Both the position numbers and the translations under genes were made by a program. 64,000 nucleotides of DNA from the human T2T-CHM13v2.0 reference genome, Homo sapiens: NCBI RefSeq assembly GCF_009914755.1, contig NC_060936.1. One strand, 5' to 3'. The notes beneath the pieces were generated by a model. The model was not told where the DNA came from. It worked only from the letters and a program-made list of their open reading frames with translations, and did no database searches. This document shows, piece after piece, positions 13,250-26,205 of the stretch; position 1 is the stretch's first letter; every line of letters starts with the position of its first letter.

Positions 13250-15640
13250 AGGATGTACTACAAGCTAAAGGGAAATGTCTTGAAATTCAGACCTCAATGA
13301 AAGAATAAAGAACTAGACGTTAAGCAGGTGGATAAATATAAAAGAATATGTGTTCTTATAATGTACTTGAAAAACAATTGCCTATTTAAAGAAAAATAAT
13401 AATACCATAAATAATGTTTGTAATACATATAGAAGTAAAGGTTATAACAATAATTACACAAAAATTGAGTATATGGGTAAATGAAAGTATACTCTTGTAA
13501 TGAGTAACATTATGAAATTTGTGAAGTGAGGGGTGTAAAGTGTTATCGTAGTCCGATTAATGGTCTCCCAATGTTGCCTACATCCTAATCCATGAACCCC
13601 ATGAATATGTTATCCTACAAGGGACTTCAAAGTTGTGATTAAGTTAAGAATTTTGAGATAGGGAAATTATTTTAGATTTTTTGGGTGGGCCCAGTGAAAT
13701 CTCAAGGGTTCTTAGATGGGAGGAAAGAGGATTAGTAGCAGAGAGAAGACGTACAGATGAAAGCAGAAATCAGAGAGAAGAGAAGATATTATATTGCTGG
13801 ATTTTAAGATGGAGGAGGGGGATACAAGACTAAAAAATGTAGTTGACCTTTAAAAGTTGGAAAACACACAAAAAAAGGATTCTTTTCTACAACTTCTAAA
13901 TGGAATGCAGGCCTGTTAACACTGATTTTAGCTCAGTGTAACTAATTTTATGCTTCCAGAAGTATAAGATATTAAATTTGTGTTGCTTTAGGCCTCAAAG
14001 TTTGTGGCATTTTTAAATTTAATTTTTAAAAGGTTTAAATTTGTTTATATATTTTTTGTGGTAATTTGTTATAGCAGCAATAGGAAATTAATTCAAGTTT
14101 GAACTCAGAAGCATCAGTATTTCCAAGCCTCTCTAACTTTGTGAAACTCAAACTTTAAACCCTGTTTCTTGGACAGATATAATGTGAGAAAGGGGAAAGG
14201 TGAATTAGGAAATGTGAAATATCAGATGCAAAATGGATGTATGAAGAGAAAATATTGATTCTAGCGTCTGACAGAATAAGAATGCAAAATGTTAACTCTA
14301 AAATAAATAGATAATGATAGATAACTAAGAATTAAATGAGGAAATAAAATGTGGCACTAAAATATATTTAGTTCATCAAAAATAAAGTGAGAAAGCAAAA
14401 GAGAAATAATACCAGCAAAAAAATCAAGAGGAAGTGATGAGTTTGTAGACTTAAACTTTACCATATTAATAATTACACTAAATGTAAATGGACCAAATGA
14501 CAGAGCATAAAAATTCATAAAGCAAAAACTAAATTAATTAAATAAATTTAGAATTACAACAGGATCTTTTAATAATCCTTTTGTTGTAATTGGTAGATGA
14601 TATAGACAAAAATTTAGTAAGTATATTTATAAAGCACCTTGATTTAATTGATATTTATAGAGCATTACATGTGATTTAAAATATATATTCTTTTAAAGTA
14701 CATGTGGGGCATATAAACTAAAGAATTGTGCAAAAATTCTTAATAAAAAGTCTTCATGGCAGAATACTGAAATCAAACAGTACATATTCACTGATCATAA
14801 GAGAACTAAACTAGAAATCAACAAAACAGGATATCTGGATAATTCCACAACACATGGTATTTAGGTCTCATATTTCCAAATAAGCTGCAGGGTAAAATAT
14901 AATCATGAAGAAAATGAAAGTATTTTAAACTAAATTAAGACAGAGCATATCTAATTTGTAGAATGTGGCTATAGCAGTACTTACAGGAAAATATACAGTT
15001 TGAAGTTTTTATGTAAGGAAAAAGGTCGAAAACAATATAGAATAAGACAAGAAAAATTAAAACAGTAGAAAATAATGAAATAGAAGATAGACAATTGAGA
15101 ATATATATTTTAAAAAATTTGTTCTTTGAAAAAATAAAATTGCTAAACGTATAGTTAGGTTAATCAAGAAAAATAGAGTGAAAAAATAGATTACAATATT
15201 AGGAACGAAAGTGGACTTACTACCTCAGATCCTACAGATGTTAAAAAGATAACAAGGGTACATTATGAAAAGCTGCATGCCAATAAATTTGACATCTCTG
15301 ATAAAATGGGGAAGTTTTTTGAAAGACATATATTATCAGAACTGACACACAAGGAAACAGAAAATCTGAATATCTTTATATGTTAAAGAAATTTAATTTG
15401 TAATTACATTTCCATGAAGAAAACCAATTCCAGGTCCAGATAGTTATCCTATCAATCATTTAAAAAGAAAAAAAAATATACACAAAAACTCAGGAAGTAG
15501 AGGAAGACGGAACATTTTCCCACTCATTTTTTAAAAGTCCAGCATATCCCCAATATGAATGTCTTATGAAGAATTTACAAGAAAACATAACTACCTACTC
15601 ATGTCCGTTATCAATATACACACAAGTATCCTTAGAAAAA
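13250..15640 (+). mobile_element. Old L1M (inter-ORF region and ORF2 5' part), interrupted by MLT1
   Basis: A-rich sequence with EN start aataattacactaaatgtaaatggac and acagatgttaaaaagataacaaggg...tgccaataaatttgac. Confidence 0.7.
13547..14095 (+). mobile_element. MLT1 (MLT1D-like) MaLR LTR
   Basis: aatggtctcccc...catcctaatcc...gtgattaagttaagaattttgagataggg...tgtggtaatttgttatagcagcaataggaaa. Confidence 0.8.
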
Positions 15641-16915
15641 TATTTTTATTTTTATTGTTTTCCTTTTTATTTGTATAAAATTATAAGGTACATGTGCAAC
15701 TTTGTTATGTACATAGATTGCATAGTGGTCAGGTCGGGGCTTTTAGAATACTTATCAGCTGAATAACATATATTGTACCCATTAACCAATTTCTCATCCT
15801 CCTCTCCCCTCCCACACACTTATTCTTTCATGTCTCTGTTATCTATCACTCCACTCTCTATATTCATATGAACACATTTTGTAGCACCCACTTATAAGTA
15901 AGTACATGTGATATTTCTCCATATGCCTGGCTTGTTTCACTGAAGATAATGTTCCACTGCTGCAAAAGACATGATTTTTTTTATGGCTGAACAGTATTCC
16001 ATTATTTATATATAGATCACATTTTCTTTATCCAGTCCTCCATTGATGGACACTTAGGTTGATTCTATATTTTGATATTGTGAATAGTGCTATGATAAAC
16101 ATGCAAGTGCAGGTATCTTTTTGATATATTGATTTCTTTTCTTTTGGCTATATACCCAGTAGTGGGATTGCTCAATTGAATTCTATTTTTAGTTATTTGA
16201 AAAATCTCCATACTGTTTTTTAGAGACTCTGTAATAATTTACATTCCCACCAACAGTGTATAAAGCATTCTCTTATCTCCACATCCTCACCAATATCTGT
16301 TATTTTTTCTTTTTTTTAATAATAGCCATTCTGACTGGAGTAAGATAATATCTTATTGTAATTTTTATTTGCATTTCTCTGATGATTAGCATTTCTTCCA
16401 TATATCTTTTGGCTATTTGTATATCTTCTTCTGAAAAAAATGTTTATTTGTGTCCATTGCCCACTTTTTAGTGGAATTATTTGTTATTTTTGTTGTTGTT
16501 GACGAGTTTGAATTTCTTATATATTCTGGATATTAGTCCCCTATTGGATGAATAGTTTGCAAATATGTTCTCACTTAATATGTTGTCTCTTCACTCTGCT
16601 ATTTCTTTTGTTGACAAAGATTTTTAGTTTAATTAAGTCCCTGAATATGGCTTGGATGTGTGACCCTTCCTAATTTCATGGTGAAATCCTCGGTGTTGGA
16701 GCTGGGGCTTGGTTGGAGGTGTTTGGGTCATGGGGGTGGTTCCCTCATGAATGGCTTGGTGCTGTCCTTGTGATAATGAATGAGTTCTTGCTCTGAGTTC
16801 ACATGAGATTTAGTTGTTATAGAGTGTGACACGTCCCCCACTCTCTTGCTCCTGCTTTTGCCATGTAATATACTTGCTCCCCTGTTGCCTTCTGCCATGA
16901 TCGTAAGCTTCCTGA

Positions 16916-17326
<411 letters not shown>

Positions 17327-17622
17327 TTTTTTTTTTTTTTGAGACAGAGTCTTGCTCTGTTGCCAAGCTGGAGTGCAGTGGTGCTATCTTGGCTCACTGA
17401 AACCTCCGCCTCCTGGCTTCAAGCTATTCTCCTGCCTCAGTCCCCCAGGTAGCTGGGGCTACAGGTACACACCACCACACCCAACTAATTTTTGTATTTT
17501 TTTTTAGTAGAGACGGGGTTTCACCATGTTGGCTGGGATGGTCTCATCTCTTGGCCTTGTTATCCGCCCACTTCGGCCTCCCAAAGTGCTGGGATTACAG
17601 GTGTGAGTCACCGCTCGTGGCC
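17327..17622 (-). mobile_element. AluS (second of the tandem pair)
   Basis: Full dimer. The pair is flanked by TSD cagacatttcttt (17013-17025 and 17623-17635). Confidence 0.93.
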
Positions 17623-19349
17623 CAGACATTTCTTTATAGTGACACAAGAACAGACCTACATAGTCCCATTTATCTTTTTTTGCCTGTGCTTTTGAGGTCT
17701 TAGTCATACATTTTTTGGTTACTTAGCTCAATGTCCAGAAGAGTTTTCTCTAAGTTTTCTTCTCATATTTTTATAGTTTTGGGTCTCACATTTAAGTCTT
17801 TAGTCCATCTTGAATTGATTTTTTTATGTGGTGAGAGATATGGGTCCAGTTTCATTCTGCTGCATATTGCTATGCAATTTTTCTAGCACCTTTTACTGAA
17901 GAGAGTGTTCTTTCCCTAATGTATGTTCTTGTGTGCTTGTCAAAGATTTGTTGGCTGTAAATATGTGATGTTATTTCTCAGTTCTCTATTCTATTACATT
18001 GATCTATGTGTCTGTTTTTAGAAGTACATGCTGTTTTTGTTACTAGCTTTGTAATATAATTTGAAGTCAGGTAATGTGATGCCTCCAGGTTTGTACTTTT
18101 TGCTCAGGATTGCTTTGGCTATTTGGGCACTTTTTTGGTTCCATATGTATGTTAGGATTGTTTTTTCTTACTGTAAAACATGACATTGGTATTTTGACAG
18201 GAATTGCATTGACTCTAGATTGCTTTGGGTCATTTGAACAATATTAATTCTTCTGATCTATCAGCATGTTATGTTTTTCTGTTTGTTTGTATCATTTTCA
18301 ATTTATTTCTCATCTGTGCTTTGTAGTTTTCCTTGTGGAGATCTTTCACCTCCTTGGTTAAACTCATTCCTAGGTTTATTCTCTTTTTGTAGTTATTGTG
18401 AATGGGATTGCTTTTTAAAACTTCTTCTCAGCTGGATCATTATCAGTGAATAGAAATGCTATTGATTTTGTATGTTGATTTTTGTATTCTACAACTTTAC
18501 TGGATTTATTTATCAAATAAAAATTTTTTTTGGTGGAGTCTTTAGGGTTTTCTAGATATAAGATAATATCATCAGCAGAGAGGGACAGTTTGATTTTTTT
18601 TTTTCCAATGTGGGTGCTTCTTATTTGTTTCTCTAGCCTGATTGCTCTGGGTAGCACTTCCAGTAATATGTTGAATAAGCATGGTGAATGTGAGCATTCT
18701 TACTGTGTTCCAGTTCACAGAGGAAAAGCTTTCAATGTTTCCCCATTCAGTATGATGTTAGCCATGGGTTTATTGTATATGGCATTTATGATTTTGAGGT
18801 ATGTTTGTTGAGCATTTTTATCATGAAGGTATGTTAAATTTTATCAAATGCTTTTCAAGCATCATTTGGGTTGACCATATGATTTTTGTCCTTCATTCTA
18901 TTGATATGATGTACCAGATTTATTGATTTGCATATGTCAGACCATCCTTACATTCTTGGTGTAAAATCTCCTTGATTGTGGTGTATTATCTTTCTGATGT
19001 TGTTTTCATCAGCACATAGAACATTCTCCAAGATACCTTTCTGGTGTGCTGTTGCATTCAGTTCATCAGTATTTTATTGAGAATTTTTGTGTTAGTGTTC
19101 ATCAGGGATATTGGTATGTAGTTTTCTTTTTTGTTGTGTCCTAGTCTGTATTTGATATCAGGGTGAAACTGGCCTTGTAGAATAAGTTAGGGGAAATTTC
19201 CTTCTCCTTGATTTTTTTGAACTAGTTTAAGGGGGATTGGTATTAATTCTTCTTTGTGTGTTTGATAGAATTCAGCTGTGAATCCTCTGGCCCTGGGCTT
19301 TTCTTTGCTGGGAGATTTTTTCTAAAATTGTGGCTTCAATCTTGCTGCT

Positions 19350-19720
19350 CATTTTTGTTCTTGCGATAGTTTACTGAGAATGATGATGTCCAATTTCATC
19401 CATGTCCCTACAAGGGACATGAACTCATCATTTTTTATGGCTGCATAGTATTCCATGGTGTATATGTGCCACATTTTCTTAATCCAGTCTATCATTGTTG
19501 GACATTTGGGTTGGTTCCAAGTCTTTGCTATTGTGAATAGTGCCACAATAAACATACGTGTGCAGGTGTCTTTATAGCAGCATGATTTATAGTCCTTTGG
19601 GTATATACCCAGTAATGGGATGGCTGGGTCAAATGGTATTTCTAGTTCTAGATCCCTGAGGAATTGTCACACTGACTTCCACAATGGTTGAACTAGTTTA
19701 CAGTCCCACCAACAGTGTAA
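19350..19720 (-). mobile_element. Young L1PA (PA2/3-like) ORF2 C-terminal segment lacking 3'UTR and poly-A
   Basis: ttgttcttgcgatagtttactgagaatgatg; gatggctgggtcaaatggtatttctagttctagatccctgagg; ORF 19349-19555. Confidence 0.75.
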
Positions 19721-22700
19721 AAGCATTCCTATTTTCCCACATCCTCTCCAGCATCTGTGGTTTCCTGACTTTGTAATGAATGCCATTCTAACTGGTGTGA
19801 GATAGTATCTCATTGTGGTTTTGATTTGCATTTCTGTAATGACCAGTGATGATGAGCTTTTTTTCATATGTTGGTAGGCTGCTGAAATGTCTTCTTTTGA
19901 GAAGTGTTACCCACTTTTTGATTGGTTGTTTTTTCTTTTAAATTTGTTTAAGTTCTGTGTAGATTCTGAATATTAGCCCTTTGTCAGATAGATAGATTGC
20001 AAAAATTTTCTCCCATTCTGGAGGTTGCCTATTTACTCTGATGTAATTTTTTTGCTGTGCAGAAGCTCCATAGTTTAACTAGATCCCATTTGTCAATTTT
20101 GGATTTGTTACCATCGCTTTTGGTGTTTTAGTCATGAAGTCTTTGCCCATGCCTGTGTCCTGAATGGTATTGCCAGGTTTTCTTTTAGGGTTTTTTATGG
20201 TTTTAGGTCTTTCATTTATATCTTTAATCCATCTTGAGTTAATTTTTGTATAATGTGTAAAGAAGGTGTCCAGTTTCAGTTTTCTGCATACGGCTAGCCA
20301 GTTTTCCCAACACCATTTATTAAACAGGGAGTCTTTCCCCATTGCTTGTTTTTGTCAGGTTTATCAAAGACCAGCTGGTTATATATGTGTGGCATTATTT
20401 CTGAGGCCTCTGTTCTGTTCCATTGGTCTATATATATGTTTTGGTACCAGTACCATGCTGTTTTGGTTGCTGTAGCCTTGTAGTATAGTTTAAAGTCAGG
20501 TAGAGTGATGCCTCCAGCTTTGTTCTTCTTGCTTAGAATTGTCTTGGTTATATGAGCTCTTTTTTGGTTCCATATGAAATTTAAAGAAGTTTTTGCTAAT
20601 TCTGGGAAGAAAGTCAACAGTAGCTTGATGGGGATAGCATTGAATCTATCAATTACTTTGGGTAGTATGGCCACTTTCACAACATTGATTCTTCCTATCC
20701 GTGAGCATGGAATGTTTTTCCATTTGTTTATCTCCTCCCTTATTTCCTTGAGCAGTGGTTTGTAGTTCTCCTTGAAGAGGTCCTTCATGTGTCTTGTAAG
20801 TTGTATTTCTAGGTATTTTATTCTCTTTGTACAATTGTGAATGGGAGTTCACCCATGATTTGGCTCTCTGTTTGTCTATTATTGGCGTATAGAAATGCTT
20901 GCAATTTTTGCACATTGATTTTGTATCCTGAGACTTCGCCAAAGTTGCTTATCAGCTTGAGGAGATTTTGGGCTGAGATGGGGTTTTCTAAATATACAAT
21001 TACATCATCTGCAAAGAGAGACAATTGGACTTCCTCTCTTTCTATTTGAATACCCTTTATTTATTTCTCTTGCCTGATTGCCCTGGCTAGAACTTCCAAT
21101 TCTATGTTGAATAGGAGTGGTGAGAGAGGGCATCCTTGTGTTGTGCCAGTTTTCAAAGGGAATGCTTCCAGCTTTTGCCCATTCAGTATGATATTGGCTG
21201 TGGGTTTGTCATAAATAGGTCTTATTATTTTGAGATACATTCCATCAATACGTAGTTTATTCAGAGTTTTTAGCATGAAGGGGTGTTGAATTTTATTGAA
21301 GGCCTTTTCTGCAACTATTGAGATAATCATGTGGTTTTTGTCATTGGTTCTGTTTATGTGATGGATTATGTTTATTGATTTGCATGTGTTGAACCAGCCT
21401 CGCATCCCAGGGATGAAGCTGACTTGATCATAGTGGATAAGCTTTTTGATGTGCTGCTGGATTGGGTTTGCCAGTATTTTATTGAGGATTTTCACATCGA
21501 TGTTCATCAGGGAGATTGGCCTGAAATTTTCTTTTTTTGTTGTGTCTCTGCCAGGTTTTGTTATCAAGATGATGCTGGCCTCATAAAATGAGTTATGGAG
21601 GAGTCCCTCTTTTTCTTTTGTTTGGAATAGTTTCAGAAGGAATGGCACCAACTCCTCTTTGTACCTCTGGTAGAATTTGGCTGTGAATCCATCTGGTCTT
21701 GGGCTTTTTTGTTTGGTAGACAATTAATTACTGCCTCAATTTCAGAACTTGTTATTGGTCTATTCAGGGATTCAACTTCTTCCTGGTTTAGTCTTGGGAG
21801 GGTGTATGTGTCCAGGAATGTATCCATTTCTTCTAGATTTTCTAGCTTATTTGCATATAAGTGTTTATAGTGTTCTCTGATGGTAGTTTGTATTTCTGTG
21901 GGATCAGTGGTTATCTCCCCTCTATCATTTTTTATTGTGTCTGTTTGATTCTTCTTTTTTCTTTATTAGTCTGGCTAGTGGGCTATTTTGTGAATCTTTT
22001 CAAAAAGCCATCTCCTGGATTCATTGATTTTTTGAAGGGTTTTTTGTGTCTCTATCTCCTTCAGTTCTGCTCTGATCTTAGTTATTTCTTGTCTTCTGCT
22101 AGCTTTTGAATTTGTTTGCTCTTGCTTCTGTAGTTCTTTTACTTGTGATGTTAGGGTGTCGATTTTAGATCTTTCCTGCTTTCTCTTGTGGGCTTTTAGT
22201 GCTATAAATTTCCCTGTAAACACTGCTTTAGCTGTCTCCCAGAGATTCTGGTATGTTGTGTCTTTGTTCTCATTGGTTTTAAGTAACTTATTTATTTCTG
22301 CCTTCATTTCGTTATTTACCTAGTAGTCACTGAGGAGCAGGTTGTTCAGTGTCTATGTAGTTGTACAGTTTTGAGTGTGTTTCTTAATCCTGAGTTCTAA
22401 TTTGATTGCACTGTGGTCTGAGAGACTGTTATGATTTCCATTCTTTTGCATTGGCTGAGGAGTGTTTTATTTCCAATTATGTGGTCAATTTTAGAATAAG
22501 TGCGAAGTTGTGCTAAGAATAATGTATATTCTGTTGATTTGGGGTGGAGGGTTCTGTAAATGTCTATTAGATCCACTTGGTCTGGAGCCGAGTTCAAGTC
22601 TTGAATATCCTGTTTATTTTCTGTCTCATTGATGTGTCTAATATTGACAGTGGGGTGCTAAAGTCTCCCACTATTATTGTTTGAGAGTCTAAGTCTCTTT

Positions 22701-24352
22701 GTAGGTCTCAAAGACCTTGCTTTCTAAATCTGAATGCTCCTGTATTGGGTGCATATATATTTAGAATAGTTAACTCTTCTTGTTACATTGATCCCTTTAC
22801 CATTATGTAGTGCTCTTCTTTATCTTTTTTGATCTTTGTTGGTTTAAAATCTGTTTTATCAGAGACTAGGATTGCAAGCCCTGCTTTTTCTTGCTATCCA
22901 TTTGCTTAGTAAATATTTTTCCTTCCCTTTATTTTGAACCTATATGCATGTCTTTGCATGTAAGATGGGTCCTGAATACAGCACACCAGTAGGTCTTGAC
23001 TCTTTATCTAATTTGCCAGTCTGTGTCTTTTAATTGGGGCATTTACCCCATTTACATTTAAGGTTAATATTGTTATATGTGAATTTGATCCTTTTATTAT
23101 GATGCTAGCTGGTTATTTTGCCCATTAGTTGATGTAGTTTCTTTGTAGTGTTGATGGTCTTTACAATTTGGTATGTTTTTGCAGTGGCTGGTACCTGTTT
23201 TTCTTTCTGTATTTAGTGCTTCCTTCAGGAGCTCTTGTAAGGCAGGCCTGGTGGTGACAAAATCTCTAACATTTGCTTGTCTGTAAAGGATTTTATTTCT
23301 CCTTTGCATATGAAGCTTACTTTGTCTGGATATGGAATTCTGGGTTGAAAATTCTTTTTAAAAATAATGTTGAATATTGCCCCCCACTCTTTTCTGCCTT
23401 GTAGGGTTTCTGCAGAGAGATCTGCTGTTAGTCTGATGATCTTCTCTTTATGGAAAACCTGACCTTTCTCTCTGGCTGCCCTTAACATATTTTCCTTCAT
23501 TTCAACCTTGATGAATCTGATGATTATGTGTCTTGGGGTTGCTCTTCTCGAGGATTATCTTTGTGGTGTTCTCTGAATTTCCTGAATTTGAATGTTGGCC
23601 TGTCTTGCTAGTTTGGGGAAGTTCTCCTGGATAATATCCTGAAGCGTGTTTTCCAACTTGGTTCCATTCTTCTCGTCACTTTCAAGTACACCAATCAAAC
23701 GTAGGTTTGGTCTTTTCACATAGTCCCATATTTCTTGGAGGCTTTGTTTATTCCTTTTCATTCATTTTTCTCTAATCTTGTCTTCAAGCTTAATTTCCTT
23801 AAGTTGATCTTCAATCTCTGATATCCTTTCTTCTGCTTGATCGATTTGGCTATTGATACTTGTGCATGCTTCACGAAGTTCTTGTGCTGTTCTTTTCAGC
23901 TCCGTCAGGTCGTTTATGTTCTTCTCTAAACTGGTTATTTTAGTTAGCAATTCCTGTAACCTTTTATCAAGGTAATTAGCTTCCTTGCATTGGGTTAGAA
24001 TACGCTCCTTTAGCTCAGAGGAGTTTGTTATTACCCACCTTCTTAAGCCTCCTTCTGTCAATTCGTCAAACTCATTCTCCATACAGTTTTGTTCCCTTTC
24101 TGGTGAGGAGTTGCAATCCTTTGAATGAGAAGAGGTGTTCTGGTTTTTGAAATTTTCAGCCTTTTTGCACTTGTTTTCCTCATCTTTGTGGATTTATCTA
24201 TCTTTGGTCTTTGATGTTTGTGACCTTCGAATGTGGTTTATGTGTGGATCTCCTTTTTGTTGATGTTGATGCTGAGAGGTGAAGCCATCTGGACTTCCTG
24301 GGTGGAGTGGGGACTTGGAGAACTTTTCTGTCTAGCTAAAAGTTTGTAAATG

Positions 24353-24580
24353 CACCAATCAGCACTCTGTAAAAACGCACCAATCAGCACTCTGTGTCTA
24401 GCTAAAGGTTTGTAAACGCACCAATCAGCACTCTGTAAAAACGCACCAATCAGCACTCTGTGTCTAGCTAAAGGTTTGTAAATGCACCAATCAGCACTCT
24501 GTAAAAATGGACCAATCAGCACTCTGTAAAATGGACCAATCAGCAGGACATGGACAGGGCCAAATAAGGGGATAAAAGCT
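24353..24580 (+). promoter_or_regulatory. LTR12 enhancer/promoter: seven CCAAT (NF-Y) boxes and a TATA-like gataaaa
   Basis: Seven copies of ccaatcagca, gataaaagc at about 24571, and AATAAA at 24657. Confidence 0.8.
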
Positions 24581-24703
24581 GGCCACCTGAGCCAGCAGCG
24601 GCAACCTTCTTGGGTCCCCTTCCACGCTGTGGGAGCTTTGTTCTTTCACTCTTCACAATAAATCTTTCTGTTGCTCACTCTTTGGGTCCTCACTACCTTT
24701 ATG

Positions 24704-25247
24704 AGCTGTAACACTCACCGCAAAGGTCTGCAGCTTCACTCCTGAAGCCAGGGAGACCACGAACCCACCAGGAGGAATGAACAACTCCGGACGTGCCGCT
24801 TTTATAAGCTGTAACAACGAGCTGTAACGCTCACTGCGAAGGTCTGTAGCTTCACTCCTGAAGCCAGCAAGACCACAAACCCACCAGGAGGAACGAACAA
24901 CTCCAGACGCACCATCTTTATGAACTGTAACACTCACCGCGAAGGTCTGCAGCTCCACTCCTGAAGCCAGCGAGGCCATGAACCCACTGGGAGGAATGAA
25001 CAACTCCAGATGCGCCACCTTTAAGAGCTGTAACACTCACTGCAAAGGTCTGCACTTTCACTCCTGAAGTCAGCAAGACCACGAATCCACCAGAAGGAAG
25101 AAACTCCAGACACATCTGAACATCTGAAGGAACAAACTCTGGACACATCATCTTTAAGAACTGTAACAGTCACTGCAAGCGTCCGCGGCTTCATTCTTGG
25201 AGTCAGCGAGACCAAGAACCCACCAGAAGGAACCAATTCCGGACACA
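24704..25247 (+). repeat. LTR12 U5 tandem repeat, five ~100-130 bp units
   Basis: Repeated ctgtaacactcac(c/t)gc(a/g)aaggtctgcagcttcactcctgaag...aacccaccagg. Confidence 0.9.
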
Positions 25248-26205
25248 ATGCTATTCATTTCTGTTTATTACATTTCCTTCTTACAGTCAGGCCCCTCTGC
25301 TGCAGGTCTGCTGGAGTTTGCTGGAGGTTCACTCCAGTCCCTGTTTGCCTGGGTGTATCACCAGTGGAGGCTGCAGAACAGCAAAGATTGCTGCCTGTTC
25401 CTTCCTCTGGAAGCTTCATCCCAAAGGGGCACCTGCCAGATGCCAGCCGGAGCTCTCCTGTATGCGGTGTCTGTCAACCCCTACTGGGAGGTGTCTCCCA
25501 GTCAGGAGGCAGGGGGGTCAGGGAACCACTTGATGAGGCAGTCTGTCCCTTAGCAGAGCTCAATTGCTGTGCTTGGAGACCCATTGCTGTCTTCAGAGCT
25601 GCCAGGCAGGAACAGGTAAGTCTACTGAAGCTGTGCCCACAGCCGCCCCTTCCCCCAGGTGCTCTGTCCCAGGGAGATGGGAGTTTTATCTATAAACCCC
25701 TGACTGGGGCTGCTGCCTTTCAGAGATGCCCTGCCCAGAGAGGAGGAACCTAGAGGGGCAGTCTGGCTACGGTGGCTTTGTGGAGCTGTGGTGGAGCTGT
25801 GGTGGGCTCCGCCAAGTTCAAACTTCCTGGCTGCTTTGTTTACACTGTGAGGGGAAAACCACCTACTCAAGCCTCAGTAATGGTGAATGTCCCTCTCTCC
25901 CCACCAAGCTCGAGTGTCCCAGGTCGACTTCAGATTGCTGTGCTGGCAACAAGAATTTCAAGCCAGTGGATCTTAGCTTGCTGTGCTCTGTGGGGGTAGG
26001 ATCTGCTGAGCTAGACCACTTGGTTTTCTGGCTTCATCCCCCTTTCCAGGGGAGTAAACGGTTGTTTCTCGCTGTCATTCCAGGTGCCACTGGAGTATAA
26101 AAAAACTCCTGTAGCTAGCTCGGTTTCTGCCCAAATGGTCTGCCAGTTTTGTACTTGAAACCCAGGGCCCTGGTGGCGTAGGCACCCAAGGGAATCTCCT
26201 GGTCT

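Larger units (their letters stand above)
24273..25247 (+). mobile_element. LTR12 (ERV9) solo LTR, short-U3 type
   Basis: tgagaggtgaagcc...accaattccggacaca. 4-bp TSD atgc at 24269-24272 and 25248-25251. CCAAT repeats and U5 repeats are present. Confidence 0.95.
19721..26205 (-). mobile_element. Near full-length L1PA7/8-like LINE-1 with disrupted ORFs, lacking the extreme 5' end and its own 3' end, interrupted by LTR12
   Basis: ORF2 fragments (20294-22597, including SLFADD) and ORF1 fragments (23225-24082). Older diagnostics such as atgaccagtgatgatgagc. 5'UTR spans 24184-26205. Confidence 0.92.

Noticed and set aside
24238-25248. Repetitive ORFs and repeat arrays that look superficially CRISPR-like or like a repeat protein
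   Set aside because: They are the standard LTR12 U3 CCAAT repeats and U5 tandem units. There are no unique spacers, and the context is eukaryotic.
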